Of a DNA stretch of 64,000 nucleotides, positions 13,201 to 26,150 are shown piece by piece. A program made the translations under genes and the position numbers. Each line of letters starts with the position of its first letter. Position 1 is the first letter of the stretch. The notes beneath the pieces were generated by a model. That model saw only the letters and a list, made by a program, of their open reading frames with translations, did no database searches and had not been told where the DNA came from. This stretch comes from Vicugna vicugna (taxonomy: Eukaryota): contig MU061804.1 in the NCBI GenBank assembly GCA_013265495.1, positions 868,001 to 932,000 of the forward strand, given 5' to 3'.

Positions 13201-14949
13201 TGGTCAGCGCGGCTCGGAATGGTCCCCGCCCCCAGCGGCCTGACTGGGTGCCCTCTTGTCGCCGTGGCTGAGGGCCCCTTGCTGTCCTCTCCCCCGGGTC
13301 CTGCTCAGCTTGCTGTCAGATGGTCAGCGTCTCTCTTCGTGAAGTTGCCAGCCCCGCCCCCTCGTCTTGGGCAGCACGGCCAGAGCCCAGCTCAGTCCCC
13401 AACCGGGAAGCCAAGACGTCCCTGCGTGAGGGAGTGGCCCCCCCGTTTCCGGGGACCGGACCCTCCAGTCTTCCTCTCTCTGTGTGGACTCGGTCGCTCC
13501 CCCCTCCCTTGGTAGACCCCCAGGCTTGACATCCGCACACACAACCCTCCAGGCACCTCCGCACCAGCCCCACGCTCGTTTAGGAGCCGGGGAGAAATCC
13601 AGGGTCCACCTGAAGCCAGAGCCACACAAAGCGGCCAGTGGGGCTGGAGAAGGCCAGGCCTGCCCACGCCACACCCACCCCCGAGCCAGAGCCGGCAGGG
13701 TGCCCGTCCAGGGTGCCCAGGCTCCCCTCCCCACAGGGCTCCGGGTGGCCGACTACGTGCCATCTGCTCGGGACACTTGGGAAAGTCCCACGCTTCCCAG
13801 AGAACACGCCTTACACCCCATAGTCACACAAACGAGACTGAAGAGGAGACAAGACAAGCCGTATCATGCAGGCCTAGGGACCGAACATCGGTCTCCTCTC
13901 TGGGGATGCGGTGCAGAGGGACAGCGGTGACTTTACCCAGAGGGCCCAAGAGGCTCGACGTCTGTTCCCCACGACCCCTCCACTGTCCCACAAAAACACT
14001 CAAAAATCAAAAACAAAACGAAACCAGACGAGGCCCAAAGTAGAAAAGCCACACGCCCCGCTGGCCACACTCCCACCACGTCCCCCGGCTTGCGTGAGCT
14101 CCACCCATTCACCTCGTCTGCTCACCACGGCAGCGCCGCTCCTGCTGGTGGCCGATGGAGGGCGACTGCTCAGGCTCAAGGCAGGTGCCGCCATCACTCG
14201 TGTGCAGGCAGAAACTCGCAGGTCACCTGGCCGGCTCCCTCCTCGCCCCGACAGTCCTCCAGCCCCAGCTTCCAGGGTCAGAGAACCCACGCATCTCAAC
14301 ATGTCCTGTCTCTAAAGAGCTCCTTCTTGAACCCACAGCATCCAACACTAACAACCCACACTCAGCCTGCCCCCCTCGTGGACCCATCTCCTCCGGGCCC
14401 CACAGCTGTCCACCAGGGGCCTCGGACAAGCAGCCCTCACAGCCCGCCGCTTCACTTAAGCGTCTGTGTCCTCACCTGTAACACGGGGACAATCCCACCA
14501 ACCCCCTGCGGGGACTGTGGGAGGAGGCGAGAAGCTGTAATTAAATGACATCCTGCATGTCCATCTCCAGGCCCCCGGTAACCCCAGCACGGTGGCCCCG
14601 GCCAGGTTGCTCCTCCCTCCGCACTGCGGCTGCAGCCTGGGATTGGGTCCTCTTTCCAGCAGCCGTGAGTCACACAAGAACAAAATACCTGGCTGTTCTC
14701 CGTGGGGAAGACCCTGGAGTCTGGCCCCCCGTCACGTGTTTGGGTGGCTCCGTCTGGGAATCTAAGTCTCAGACAAGTCTGGGGTGGCCTGTCGATCTTA
14801 ACTCTGTCCCCACGGAAGGCCCTGGGCCCCCTCCGAGCTGTCTCTCCGTTTGTGCTTAGAGGTTCTCTGAGCGACACGCACATGAGCTCAGAAACGTCAG
14901 CCCCGAGCCGGGAGGCTGCCGCGCTTCCCCTCAAGATGGCTTTAATTCT

Positions 14950-14990
14950 GCTCCACGTTGTACAGATGAAGAAACTGAGGTGCCCGAGAT
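14950..14990 (-). mobile_element. MIR core fragment
   Basis: ccacgttgtacagatgaagaaactgaggtgccc. Confidence 0.7.
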
Positions 14991-15074
14991 GAGCCGGCCT
15001 ACGGGACCCGCAGAGCTCGGGCCAGTGCGTGCTGTCTGCCCCGAGACCCCTTCATCCCCGTGACCCGGCGCCCA

Positions 15075-15110
15075 GCATGGGGCCCGGCACACAGTAGGTG
15101 CTCAGTGAAT
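15075..15110 (+). mobile_element. L2/MIR shared 3' terminus
   Basis: ggcccggcacacagtaggtgctcagtgaat. Confidence 0.6.
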
Positions 15111-17928
15111 CCTCCTGCAATAAAAGACACACGACCTCACTGGACACAGCCACCCCCATCTCGAAAATGGTAAAACCAGGCTGCACAGGATCAGACGACC
15201 CTCTGGAGGTGCCCACGGCCGGGAAGCGTGAGAGGAGGACCCAGGCCGCCTGCTCCAAAGCCTCTCAGCTCGCCTGACCGCCTTCCTCTCGGCGAAACGC
15301 CCCAGGATGCAGCACGTGGCCAGGGGAGCGCTGCCACGCCAGCTCCGAGAGCTCGCCCGCTGTGGCCACGCGCCACGCGCCAGGTCTAGCCCTGAGAAGG
15401 GGAAACCTACGGGACCCCAAACTCCTCCGAGCAGAGGCGCTCCCCAGCCCTCCCCCCGCTGCCTCATCCTGGGACAGTTTGCTTCCCGAGAAGGGAGAGG
15501 GCTCCGTGCCAGGCCTGCTGGCCTTCCTGGCAGATGCGGCTCCGGGCCTGGGTGCCCCAGCGCCCTGCCCGGCCCCGGCCTTGTCGCCAGCCCCCCCGCG
15601 CCCTGCCAGGAGAGGGGCGCTCTCCCTCCGGTGTGCCGGTGTGCCGGGCAAGGCGTCTGTCTCCGCGCGCACACACCCCGGGGCACACCTTGTCCTCAGC
15701 GTGGGCTCCACTCCTCCGTCCCTTACCACGTGCTCCACGTGTGGCAGATCTCCCGGAGGAGACGGGGACTGGGAGACGTGCCCCCATCCCAGCAGACGTG
15801 AACACAGGCTCGAGGAAGGTCTGCGTGGGGTGGGGCGGACCCCCGACCAAACTGAGAGCCCAGCTGACAGGGCAGAGAGAGGGAGGGCCCTGAGGACCCA
15901 GCGTGAGTGGCTCTCCCTTGCCCATCAGACGAAGAGAAACTACCAACGTTCCACTAGAGCAGAGGAGGGTGAGGAGCAGCACCTCCCAGGAGGGGAGCCC
16001 GCCACGGGTGCAGGCGGTCTGGGGCTGAAGGAGCCGCAGGAGGAAGGGCAGGGCTGCCCTGGCAGAGGGCTCGTGTCAGAGTGCGGAGCAAGGGCACTCT
16101 GTCCGCTACAGGACACCCGTCGTGACCGTGACTGTGACGCTCTGTCCTTGTGGACCCCCCCCCGCCGCCGACGTCCGCCTCTCCCACTGGCCGTCCTTGT
16201 CCCTGGAGCCCTTCTGGTTTGTGGATTCCAGGCTGGAGCCAGCACTCCAGCAGCACCGCACCCACCGCAGAACCACTCAGTACACAAACCAGAGGGGCCC
16301 GGGTGGACGTCGGGAGCCCACGGCCCGGAGCTCCCGCACCAGCTCCGCACCAAGCACTCAGCGGGGCGGCGACCTCAGAAGCCCTTCCGACCGACGGGGG
16401 TCTCTGTGGGCCTGAGGTGCCGACCGCCTGAGAGGTCTGTGGTTTTCCTCTTCACCAGACGACGCGCTTGGTCAGGGATCTGGCCAAAACCAACAGTTCG
16501 CTAACCAACCAGCGGCAGGCCCGGGGGCTCTGCGGGTCCGTGGTAACGCACCACCCCCTTACTTCCGTGCTGCACCCCTCGGTCGGGGCAGGACGGCGGA
16601 GAGACGCAAGAACAGGCAGATTGTAGGAAGAGACTTCGGGTTCCAAGTCCTCAGACATCCACGCCCATGCTCCTTTAACCCATTCCACGGGCACTAGGCT
16701 GTGCCAGCCACAGAAGAGACCCCTCGTGTCCACGTGCTCGGCCTCCTCCCAGAACCCCGGGAACCCATCCGGAACGGAGCACACCCCCGGGCCCTTCTGA
16801 GAACCGGGCGCCAGCCAACCCTCCCTGGTGGGAGCCAGGGCATGAAGGAAGCTGCGGGGTCGGCCCGCTGCCCAGCGTCAATGGGCGTTGCCAGGAGCTG
16901 AGACGCGTTCGCAGGCTTTCGTGACAACCCGGAAGCAGCCCGAACCCCAGGCCCGGCGCCCTAGCACCAGAGCCGGCTGCAGAGTGCATTCTAACTCACC
17001 CTCGTCGAGCCTCCGGGACCTGGGACGTCTGCAGACCCCACGCCCCCAGCATCAACCCTATGAGGCTCACACCTTCCCACAGGCATTTTTAAGGAAAACA
17101 GTGACCGTGTGCAATCCCCAGAGCCCAGTAAGCATGGAAGCACCCCATCCCTTCCCACCCCACCAGCCCTGGTTCCCGGAGTCACCACCTGGGACGCGGG
17201 TCCGTCTCCCACCCGCTACGTCCTCGGGTTTCAGCAGCCCCCTCAGACGGTCGTCCATCTGAAAGGCCGGCCACTCTTAGTAAGAAGCAGGGAGCCTCTT
17301 TCTAAGCCATGATGTCCCTCTGGAGACTCTGCTTCCCTTATTCCTTTTTTCCTGCAAACCTACAGCTGGAGGAGAACCTTGCCATGTGCAGGTGCCCAGC
17401 CTCCCCCACCCCTCACCCCCCGGGTGCATCTCCCTTCACAAGAGGCCGAGGGAAAGATCTCAGAGGTCACAGGGAGCCCCGAACTAACTGCACAGGATGA
17501 TGAGAAGGGGTGCACGCAAGCTTTGAGGCCAGGTCTGCTTGAACTCGGGTCAGTTTAATTTTTTTTTTATTTAAAAAGTCACTGTTTAAGCTGAGGTTGA
17601 GTCTCTCTCTGCCTGCCTTCACTGCAGACACGAACCCAGAGGAGAGGATGAGAGGGGAACAGCTACTTGACAGGCGTGCAGGCTGCCTGCATCTCATCCT
17701 CTCCTGGTTGCTAAGCACCCAGAAACCCATAAGCAGCCTGTAACGGGTGCAGTCACAGGCAAAGACAGATGCTCGTCCACAAAAAGGCTCTCTGGATGCT
17801 GAGAAGGCAGCCCACTGGAAAAGGTGTGCTCCAAGCTGCCTGGGAAAGTCTGGGTGGAAAGGAAAAGGTGCCCAGCCTAAGCTGTCAGGCGCCTCTTGGT
17901 TAAGCCAAACCTTGCTGTGGCTAAAGTG

Positions 17929-18776
17929 NNNNNNNNNNNNNNNNNNNNNNNNNNNNNNNNNNNNNNNNNNNNNNNNNNNNNNNNNNNNNNNNNNNNNNNN
18001 NNNNNNNNNNNNNNNNNNNNNNNNNNNNNNNNNNNNNNNNNNNNNNNNNNNNNNNNNNNNNNNNNNNNNNNNNNNNNNNNNNNNNNNNNNNNNNNNNNNN
18101 NNNNNNNNNNNNNNNNNNNNNNNNNNNNNNNNNNNNNNNNNNNNNNNNNNNNNNNNNNNNNNNNNNNNNNNNNNNNNNNNNNNNNNNNNNNNNNNNNNNN
18201 NNNNNNNNNNNNNNNNNNNNNNNNNNNNNNNNNNNNNNNNNNNNNNNNNNNNNNNNNNNNNNNNNNNNNNNNNNNNNNNNNNNNNNNNNNNNNNNNNNNN
18301 NNNNNNNNNNNNNNNNNNNNNNNNNNNNNNNNNNNNNNNNNNNNNNNNNNNNNNNNNNNNNNNNNNNNNNNNNNNNNNNNNNNNNNNNNNNNNNNNNNNN
18401 NNNNNNNNNNNNNNNNNNNNNNNNNNNNNNNNNNNNNNNNNNNNNNNNNNNNNNNNNNNNNNNNNNNNNNNNNNNNNNNNNNNNNNNNNNNNNNNNNNNN
18501 NNNNNNNNNNNNNNNNNNNNNNNNNNNNNNNNNNNNNNNNNNNNNNNNNNNNNNNNNNNNNNNNNNNNNNNNNNNNNNNNNNNNNNNNNNNNNNNNNNNN
18601 NNNNNNNNNNNNNNNNNNNNNNNNNNNNNNNNNNNNNNNNNNNNNNNNNNNNNNNNNNNNNNNNNNNNNNNNNNNNNNNNNNNNNNNNNNNNNNNNNNNN
18701 NNNNNNNNNNNNNNNNNNNNNNNNNNNNNNNNNNNNNNNNNNNNNNNNNNNNNNNNNNNNNNNNNNNNNNNNNNNN
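17929..18776. other. Assembly gap (848 N)
   Basis: Run of N characters. Confidence 1.
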
Positions 18777-18836
18777 AGGATGAACAGGTGAATGGATGGC
18801 TGGATAGATCGCTGGGTGGATGGATACATGGATGGC
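18777..18836 (+). repeat. Degenerate (TGGA)n / (GGAT)n simple repeat flanking the gap
   Basis: aggatgaacaggtgaatggatggctggatagatcgctgggtggatggatacatggatgg. Confidence 0.8.
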
Positions 18837-19372
18837 CCACGGCACTACAAATGCTGGCTTAGCTCTGGACTCATCAGAAACTCTGCTGGATGTCCCCAGC
18901 CAGCCCCAGCTCTTTAGTGATGGTGAAGGTGTTCCAACAGACTCACAACCAAGGACACAAGGAGATGGGTTGGGGGCGGCATTTCTCCATGGGTCACACT
19001 TTCATAGCAGGTGGCATTCCACTCCTCTGGGATGAGGGACACGGAGCTGCTCTGTCTGGACTCTGGGGGTGGAAGCTTTCTGCCTTGGGGTTTGGAGTGT
19101 GAAGCACTCGGAGGGCCCAGGAGACGCCACGCCTAGGGATGCTCGGGGTGGACTAAGAAGCACGTCCTGCCGTCCGGCTGCTAACCAGCTGCACACAGCG
19201 CCCTCCAGACAGGTAAAGCTCCACCCCGGTCCCCCTTACCAGGCAGGGAGGAAGCTTTCCGCTCTGGGGTCTAACTCAGTCCTGCCCTTCCCATCGTGGG
19301 TCAGGTCACGTCACATCTCTGCCCAAAGGCCTTCAGCGGTGGCCCATCTCACTCAAGGGGAGGAGCCAGTGT

Positions 19373-19382
19373 CCTTAAATGG
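19373..19382. promoter_or_regulatory. CArG box (CCTTAAATGG)
   Basis: Matches CC(A/T)6GG; motif match only. Confidence 0.35.
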
Positions 19383-21432
19383 TCCAGAACGCCCTCCACT
19401 GTCTGTCCCTCCCACCCCTACCAGCGACCTCCCCTCCTGCTCACTCTCCCTCGGCCCAGGCCACGTCCACGCCGACCATGCTGGCCCCACTGCCCATTAT
19501 TCCCGACACACTGCAGGCACCACGCCCCTCAGCGGCATGCTCCCCGCCAGCATGCCGACGGCCCACGGTGTCACCTTAAATGCCACCCTCTCAGGAGCCT
19601 TCCTGACGCTCTTTAAGGCTGCAGGTCTGGTCCCCACCCCCCAGGGCCGCACTGGTCCTGCTTCCGGCTGCCACCCTCATCCCAGCACGGAAACAGGTCC
19701 TCTCACCTCCAGCTCCCCCGTGAGAGGGTACGCTCCCCAGAAAGAGGGACTTCCGTGTTCCGCTGAACCACCAGGATTAGGAAAAACGCCCACCATCTCG
19801 TGGGGACATGGTCGTATCTGTTTAGTTAGCTGATCACAGGCCCGTCCTCCTCTGCCAGGCACCGCGTCCCTATTCCGAAAACTGACCCACGGAAGGAAGG
19901 CAGCTGCCCTGCTCGTCCCGCCCCGCGGCGCCGCGCACCACTGGACGGCGGCGGGCCTGCTCCACAGAAGGCCCCCAGCTGCTGGCCGCGGAAGGGCCGG
20001 CGGGACCAACACGGGCGCTTCACGGGCTCTGCTGAAGTGACGGGCCTGGACAAGGTCGTCGCCAGACGCTAAAGTCACGAGGTGAGAGGTCGGCGGGGGC
20101 TCGGCAACGAGGGGTCGGCTGACAGCCCCGGAGCCCGTTCCTGTCTCGGCCGCACTGGCGTCCTCCCACGGGGTGGGCACGGCCACCCAGAACACCTGGA
20201 CCCTCCGGCACAAGCGCGGCCTGAGCCCGGCCCCCGGCCGACAGAAAGCGAGCAGGGCACAGGGAGGGGAACGACCGAGCGAGGCGGCGTCCGCCGGGCC
20301 GGGCCGACACGAGAGGCCGGCCCAGCTCTCCCGCAAACAAGGGACGTCCACGACGGGCGGGGCGCGTGGCCAAGAGATCCGGGGGCACGCGCAGGCGTGG
20401 GGTCCGGGTCTCCCCAGGGGCCCGATTCAAGCCGGCCAGCCGCCAAGAGACGCGTTCAACGCAAGGGGCAGTAGGAACACTTCAAACACAAGCAGGACAT
20501 CAGATGATACTGAGGACTTGCGGGGGCTGTGGCCGCTGCTGCCTGGGGTGGTACACACACCTGGTTGGTTTTTGCTTTTAAGCAGTTCTCGCCTGCCAGA
20601 GAAGACCACCAGCGCACGTGCAGGTGAACTGGAGTCTGCTTTCAAACACCTCAGGGATAAAACTCTCGAGGAAGTCGGTTGCCCCAAGCTGGCAGGTGCT
20701 GACGTTGGAGCTGAGGGGGGGTACCTGGGAACCCCCGACACAAGGCTGTTTACTTGCATTATGTTTCAAAGGTTTCGTTGAAAACCGTTCTTTAAAAATT
20801 CATAAACTTCCTGTTTTGTAGATGAACTTAATGAAGTTTTTAAAAAAAAAAAAAAGTACCCAGAATAGTTCTGTGCTCTTCTGGCTGGAGCCGTGGACGG
20901 AGGTCAAGCCTGGGGAGCAGCGGAGCTGGCCGCTTTCCCACCACGGCGTGCCCAGCGCCCTGGCCTTGGCTGACAGAGAGGCCTGCTGGTTTGTGTCTGA
21001 AGACGAAGGCCAGACAGTCCTGAGACGTGGAGAGTCTCTCCCCGCCCCGAGGAGGAGGGGCCGCCTGGCCACCCGTCCCCCTGGCCCCTGCGGACCTCTC
21101 CCATGTCCCCCCCCCGCGTCCCCCCCGCCCGTCTGTCCCCCTCCCTTTGGGCACCTCCTCGGTCTCTTCAGTGAGATGTTCTCGAACAACATCTAAATAG
21201 GTCATAAATCCGTGACCTCGTGTGGGAAGCACTAAACCCCTCCTCTGAAGTCTGCTGCCGCAGCTCAGGGGTGGGCGGGACTAACGTTCGCTGAATTCCA
21301 GGCCCATAAAAGGCAGGTGCACTGTCCCCGTGCCCCAGACGAGGACACCGAGTGCAGAGGAGTTGGGGGCGTTCCCGGGTGTCACCAGGCTCACCGTGGT
21401 ACCAGCGGTTTGAACAGGGTGCTGACTTGGTC

Positions 21433-21600
21433 TGTGTCAGGCCCTGTTGTAGACAAATCTGCATCGGCTCCTTCCACCCTCACCACGCCCCGCAAGGTGG
21501 GAGCTGTGGTTGGGCCCATTCTGCTGACCGGGACACGGAGGCCCAGCAAGGTTAAGTCACTTCCCAAGGTCACAAAGCTCGTCAGTGGCTGAGTGGGAGT
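21433..21600 (-). mobile_element. MIR SINE
   Basis: cccattctgctgaccgggacacggaggcccagcaaggttaagtcacttcccaaggtcacaaagctcgtcagtggctgag matches the reverse MIR core. Confidence 0.85.
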
Positions 21601-24169
21601 GGGGTGGGAGCGGGGCCCGAGGACGGGCCCACGGGTGGAGGCATCTCCCGAGCTGGCCGTGGATGGAGTGGTGGCCCACGGCGGGGTCACCGTGTGTCCC
21701 GGTTTGCCCAGGCCTGCTGTCTGCACGTAGTGACTCACACAGCCCCCTTCTTTCTCAAATGTGCCCTAGTTTGGATGATAAATGATACGGTCCCTTAATT
21801 ATAAGCTTCTCCAGGGTAAGAAAAGCACATGATAGCCAATTAATTAATACTTGTTGAATAAAAGGGTAATGACTTTCTTTAACGGTGACGGACCTCCTGG
21901 GGAACGGAGAGATGACCAAGTAGCAGTCTCCACGGTTCCCTTGGCAACGCTTGGATCCTGTGACTCACGGCCCTTCCCTACGAGTCCCCTCAGAGCTGCT
22001 CTGCCCGCCGACAGCCCGGGGCCTCCCACAGCATCGCGGGGCCCGTGAGGACCCCCATTCACCCCCAGACAGAGGCTGGCCCCCGGTCCTCGGCATCCCA
22101 GCCCCTAAACTGGGTACCTCCCGCAGGCCCAGCTCCCCATCCGCTCCGCTGTCACTGCACTTCTGGGCGGGGGGGCTCCGGCCCCGGCCCTGGCCCCGCC
22201 CCACATGCTCCCTCCAAGACAAGGTGCACCGGCCAGGCTGCCCGGTTTCCCCCATTCCGGCGCGGTGTGGCATCCGCCCAACTCCAGCCCTGCGGGTGCC
22301 CCTCTCCCTCCTGCAGCAGGGAAGCAACGCTGTCTCTGGTTCTGTCACCTCGTCTGCCTGAGGAGACACGAGCTGCCCCGTGGGGCAGGGCACACGGACG
22401 GGAGGCTTGGGCCTTGTCTTCAGTCTGAAGTCATCTCCCCGACCTCCATGTCCTCCTGAGGCGCAGGTGGTCGGCGCTGTAGACACAGATCTTAATGGCT
22501 ACACTTAGAGCCCTTGAGGAGGAAAGCGTAAAGCTGTGAGATCTCATCGTCCTCATCAGTAACATTAATTTTAAAGCTGAGATAATGCGTTCCTGACTCA
22601 TCACAGCCACATGGCATTTAGCGGACAAGCACATCGCTGCTTAATCTGGGGACCAGGAGCTCCTGGAGATGTGATGTGCACACCGGCCCCTGCCAGGGCC
22701 AGGGCTCTCGGCGCCCCGAACACTTAAGACGACCTTTGCCCAGACCTGCAACAAGCGGCTCGCAGCCCGGATGCGGGGCCCCAGGGAGGCCTTTGCCGGG
22801 CCTCTCCCTCTGGTCACCCGCACATCCCAGTGTCTGGAATAACCGCCCTCATCGAGCCGTCCACCCACCAGCCGCTCTCCTCCACGAGCATCGGCTTCTC
22901 TGTGCTACTTCCCACTTCAGCCCCCGAGAGGCGCTCAGATTGCACCTGCGCAGGACGGACGGGGCAGGAGGAGGGGCAGCAGAGGGACCCAAGACCCTGA
23001 GTGACGCCCCCCCAGTCGGGTGTCGGGGGGCCCTGTACAGAGCGCCTCTGCCAGGCGCTCTCTCCTGACGCCGTCCTGCCGCCCGCCGCCCCGCGGGAGC
23101 TGAGCTGGGGCTGTGTGGCCAGGGCCCCGTCCTCCTCAGCGTCCCCTTTGCAAGCTGGCTGCAGTGGGGGCCGCTGAGGACCGAGGGCCAGCCTCCAGGG
23201 CCAACTCGCCGGCTCCCGGGGAAGCTGGGTCCCGTCACACACCCTCAGACTCTGGCCGCGTGCGACAGGACACCTCGGCCTGACCAGCCGTGCTGCCCGG
23301 GCCCGGCCACCAGACCCGCATCACACCTCCCCCGTCTGGGGCCACTCTGGGGGGAGACGTGCTCAGGAACCCGGCCCCAACTTGATGCCACCACCGTGAA
23401 CGGGCCCCGCGCGGCCCGAGTCACACCTGCCCCCCAACCCCAACCTCCAACAGGCGTCGGTCCCACTCCCGCCAGAAAGCCAGGCCTTTGAGCACGGTGG
23501 CCCCAGCCCAGTGGCCAGGCCTAGAACTACCCCCTGCTGGCCACTCGCCCACGTGCAATCCGCCCAGCTCAACCCAGCGCAGCCTCAGAGGGCCCCTGCC
23601 CACTGGAGGCAGGAGTGGGGAGAGCACAACCGAGGCCCCTCCGCCCCCGGCACCCCGAGCACCCCCGGACCGGGGCCAGGCGTCTCTGCCCCAGCTCCCG
23701 GCGCTTACGTTGGAACATGGTGTCTTGAAGAGGGTGACTCACTGCAGCTGCGAGCACTGACTGATGACTCTGATCCTCCTGAAGCCACTGGCTCACAAGG
23801 GTCTCCCTCCATCTGGGCCGAGACCCAGCCCCGCGGCCAACATGCCAGGAGAGCGGCTCCCCTTCCCGGCGGCCACGCTGAGCCCCCATCTCCCCTGGTC
23901 TGAAATGGACTTTTCCCTCTAAATACGGGTGTCTGACCGAAAACAACGCCAGGTCAATCAAAAGAAAGGGCTCGTCCCCGTGTCAGGAAGGACACCCCAT
24001 TCCCGGAAGTCCTGCACACGCTGAGGCCACGTTAGAAAGGATGAGACTGAGCAAAACTCCCGCTGCCCGAAAGTGCAAAGAACCTTTAGTGACTCAGCCC
24101 TGGCCAGGCTCAAATCGGGGCCGAAAGTCCCAGGGCTAACTGCCCGCCAAGGCTGGACCCGGGATTGTC

Positions 24170-24260
24170 ATCTCCTGAGCATCTCCCGTGTGCCAAACGC
24201 TGGGTGAGCCCTGGGGACAAAAGAGTGAGAGAACAAACAGGCGTCGAACCTGCCGAGGCC
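24170..24260 (-). mobile_element. L2 3' end fragment
   Basis: ctgagcatctcccgtgtgccaaacgctgggtgagccctggggacaaaagagtgagagaacaaacag. Confidence 0.6.
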
Positions 24261-25959
24261 CCAGAGAGGGCGCCTCCCTCCTGCCCCACGCCCCTCTGTA
24301 GCTCTCGCTCGGCCCCAGAAAGTCACTCCAGCCCCCACGTCCGGGTCCACGGCTCCCAGACAGAACGTGGTACGTGTGTCCAGGGGCTTCCTCAGTCAAC
24401 TCCCCCCGCACAGCGGACCTGCCCAGGGCACCCTGGAGGCAGCGCCTCGACCCAGGGTGACCGCCCCGTGATCAGCTTCTGAAATCCAGGCCCAGCGGCA
24501 GGGACGTGGGAGACTGCAGAGCACGTGCGTGTGGTGACCCGGGGAGTCCGCGCGCAGCCTGGCTACGCCAGACACAGCAAGGCGGCAGCCGGCACACGCG
24601 TGACCTGCCCTGAGCACCCCCTGCCACGAGCACCTCAGCCCCGTCCTGTACCGTCACCAGGTCTGGCCCAGCGGCCGCAGGCGACAGAAGAGGGATGACC
24701 ACGCACGGGGAGGTGCGCCCAGCTCCCCAGCCAGCAGCCCCAGGAGGGGCCGCGAGCAGGCACTTAAGAGGCAGGGCCTCCCTGGGGACAGAGACTGTAT
24801 CTGAGTCACCGCCCATCCCGGGCCAGGCTCAGGGGTCTTGCAAGCATCCAGGCTGCTGGCCGCACACGCTCCAGGACGGGAGCAGACCGGAGAGGGATTT
24901 CAAGCCACAGAGAACAACAGCATGAAGACACCTCTGCGTACAGTGACGTTCCTCAAAGTAAAAAGCAGGGAGGCAGTTCGGCAGCCCTACGCCCCCCGCG
25001 GCGGGAGGAGGGCGGCCGGGCCCGCAGCTGCAGGCCAGCGCCAGCACGGCCGCCCGCGGACTCGCTCACCACGGGCGGGGCGCCCGGCCAGCTCTGAGCA
25101 CCGGACACCCCGCGGTCCCACTGGGGCAGAGCACATGGAACGCGTCGTGTGAAGGTGGCCCTGGAGTCCGGCCTGCCCTCCGCAGCAAGGACAGATGGTG
25201 CTTTTCAGCGTGCCATCCGCAACCCGACACAAAGGGGCTCTTTGCTTCCGGGAAGCCCGGGGCGGGGGGCAGGGCATCCCGAGGCTCAGAGAGGTCGCCC
25301 TTTCCTCCGGGTCCAGAACCAGGAGAGGACGAAACCCACACGCCCGTCAGCATCTCCCGAGGCTCTCAGGGGACGCTACCCCCTGAATATCTTCCTGCCT
25401 TCCCAGTGTGGGTACCCCATGGCAGTGGGTCTGGATCACCGGGTTCCTGTTAGAGGCATCTCCTCTCCTTGAGGACTGAAAAGCCCAAAACCGCAGGCCC
25501 CGAAGGTCACACAGAATAACCGCAGCCCTGTCGTGATACAGGAGATCTGAGGGGGGCCCAGGGCGTCCGAGGGCGGTCTCCCACCTGTGCTACGTTCAGG
25601 TGCATCTGTGATGCCCCCTTTACCCTCATCTGCTCATAACCCACAGAACACCCCCAAGTTTATTTTTTCCAGTGGCACCGTCTGAAGCCTGGGCTCAGAG
25701 GCCATGCACTGCGCCCTGCAGAACACAGCCTCGCAGGGACGTCCAGTTCCAGCAGGCCCAGCAAGGGCACCGGGGGGAGGGCAGAACCCAGAAGCTGCGA
25801 GAGACGCCCACGATCAGCTAGTTCAACGCCGTCTTACAGAGGAGAAGGCTGAACTCAGTCCTACCCTTGAGCCTCCTAAATGCCTTCCCACCCCTTCTGG
25901 CTCGTCGTTCACACAGATGCCAAGAAATGTTTCTGAGACACAATTCTGCTCATTCTTAC

Positions 25960-26150
25960 TCTCCTGATTAAAGCTCTCCTACAGAGTCTTCGGGATAAAG
26001 CTCAAACTCGTTAGTGCGACACGCGCGGCCCTTGATCTGGCCTCTGCCTTTCTCTGAGCTGCGTGTCCTCCCAGTCCCGGGACCACCACACACACACACT
26101 CCCTTCCAGCCATACTGAGCTGCCTGGAGTTGCTGAAATATCGATTGTGG
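25960..26150 (+). mobile_element. L2 LINE fragment
   Basis: gggataaagctcaaactcgttagtgcgacacgcgcggcccttgatctggcctctgcc...ttccagccatactg. Confidence 0.65.

Noticed and set aside
15362-16504. 380-aa plus-strand ORF
   Set aside because: Pro/Gly/Arg/Ala-rich with no recognisable domain; typical spurious ORF in GC-rich intron.
17467-18862. Several 295-457 aa ORFs spanning the N gap
   Set aside because: Artefacts of translating N bases.
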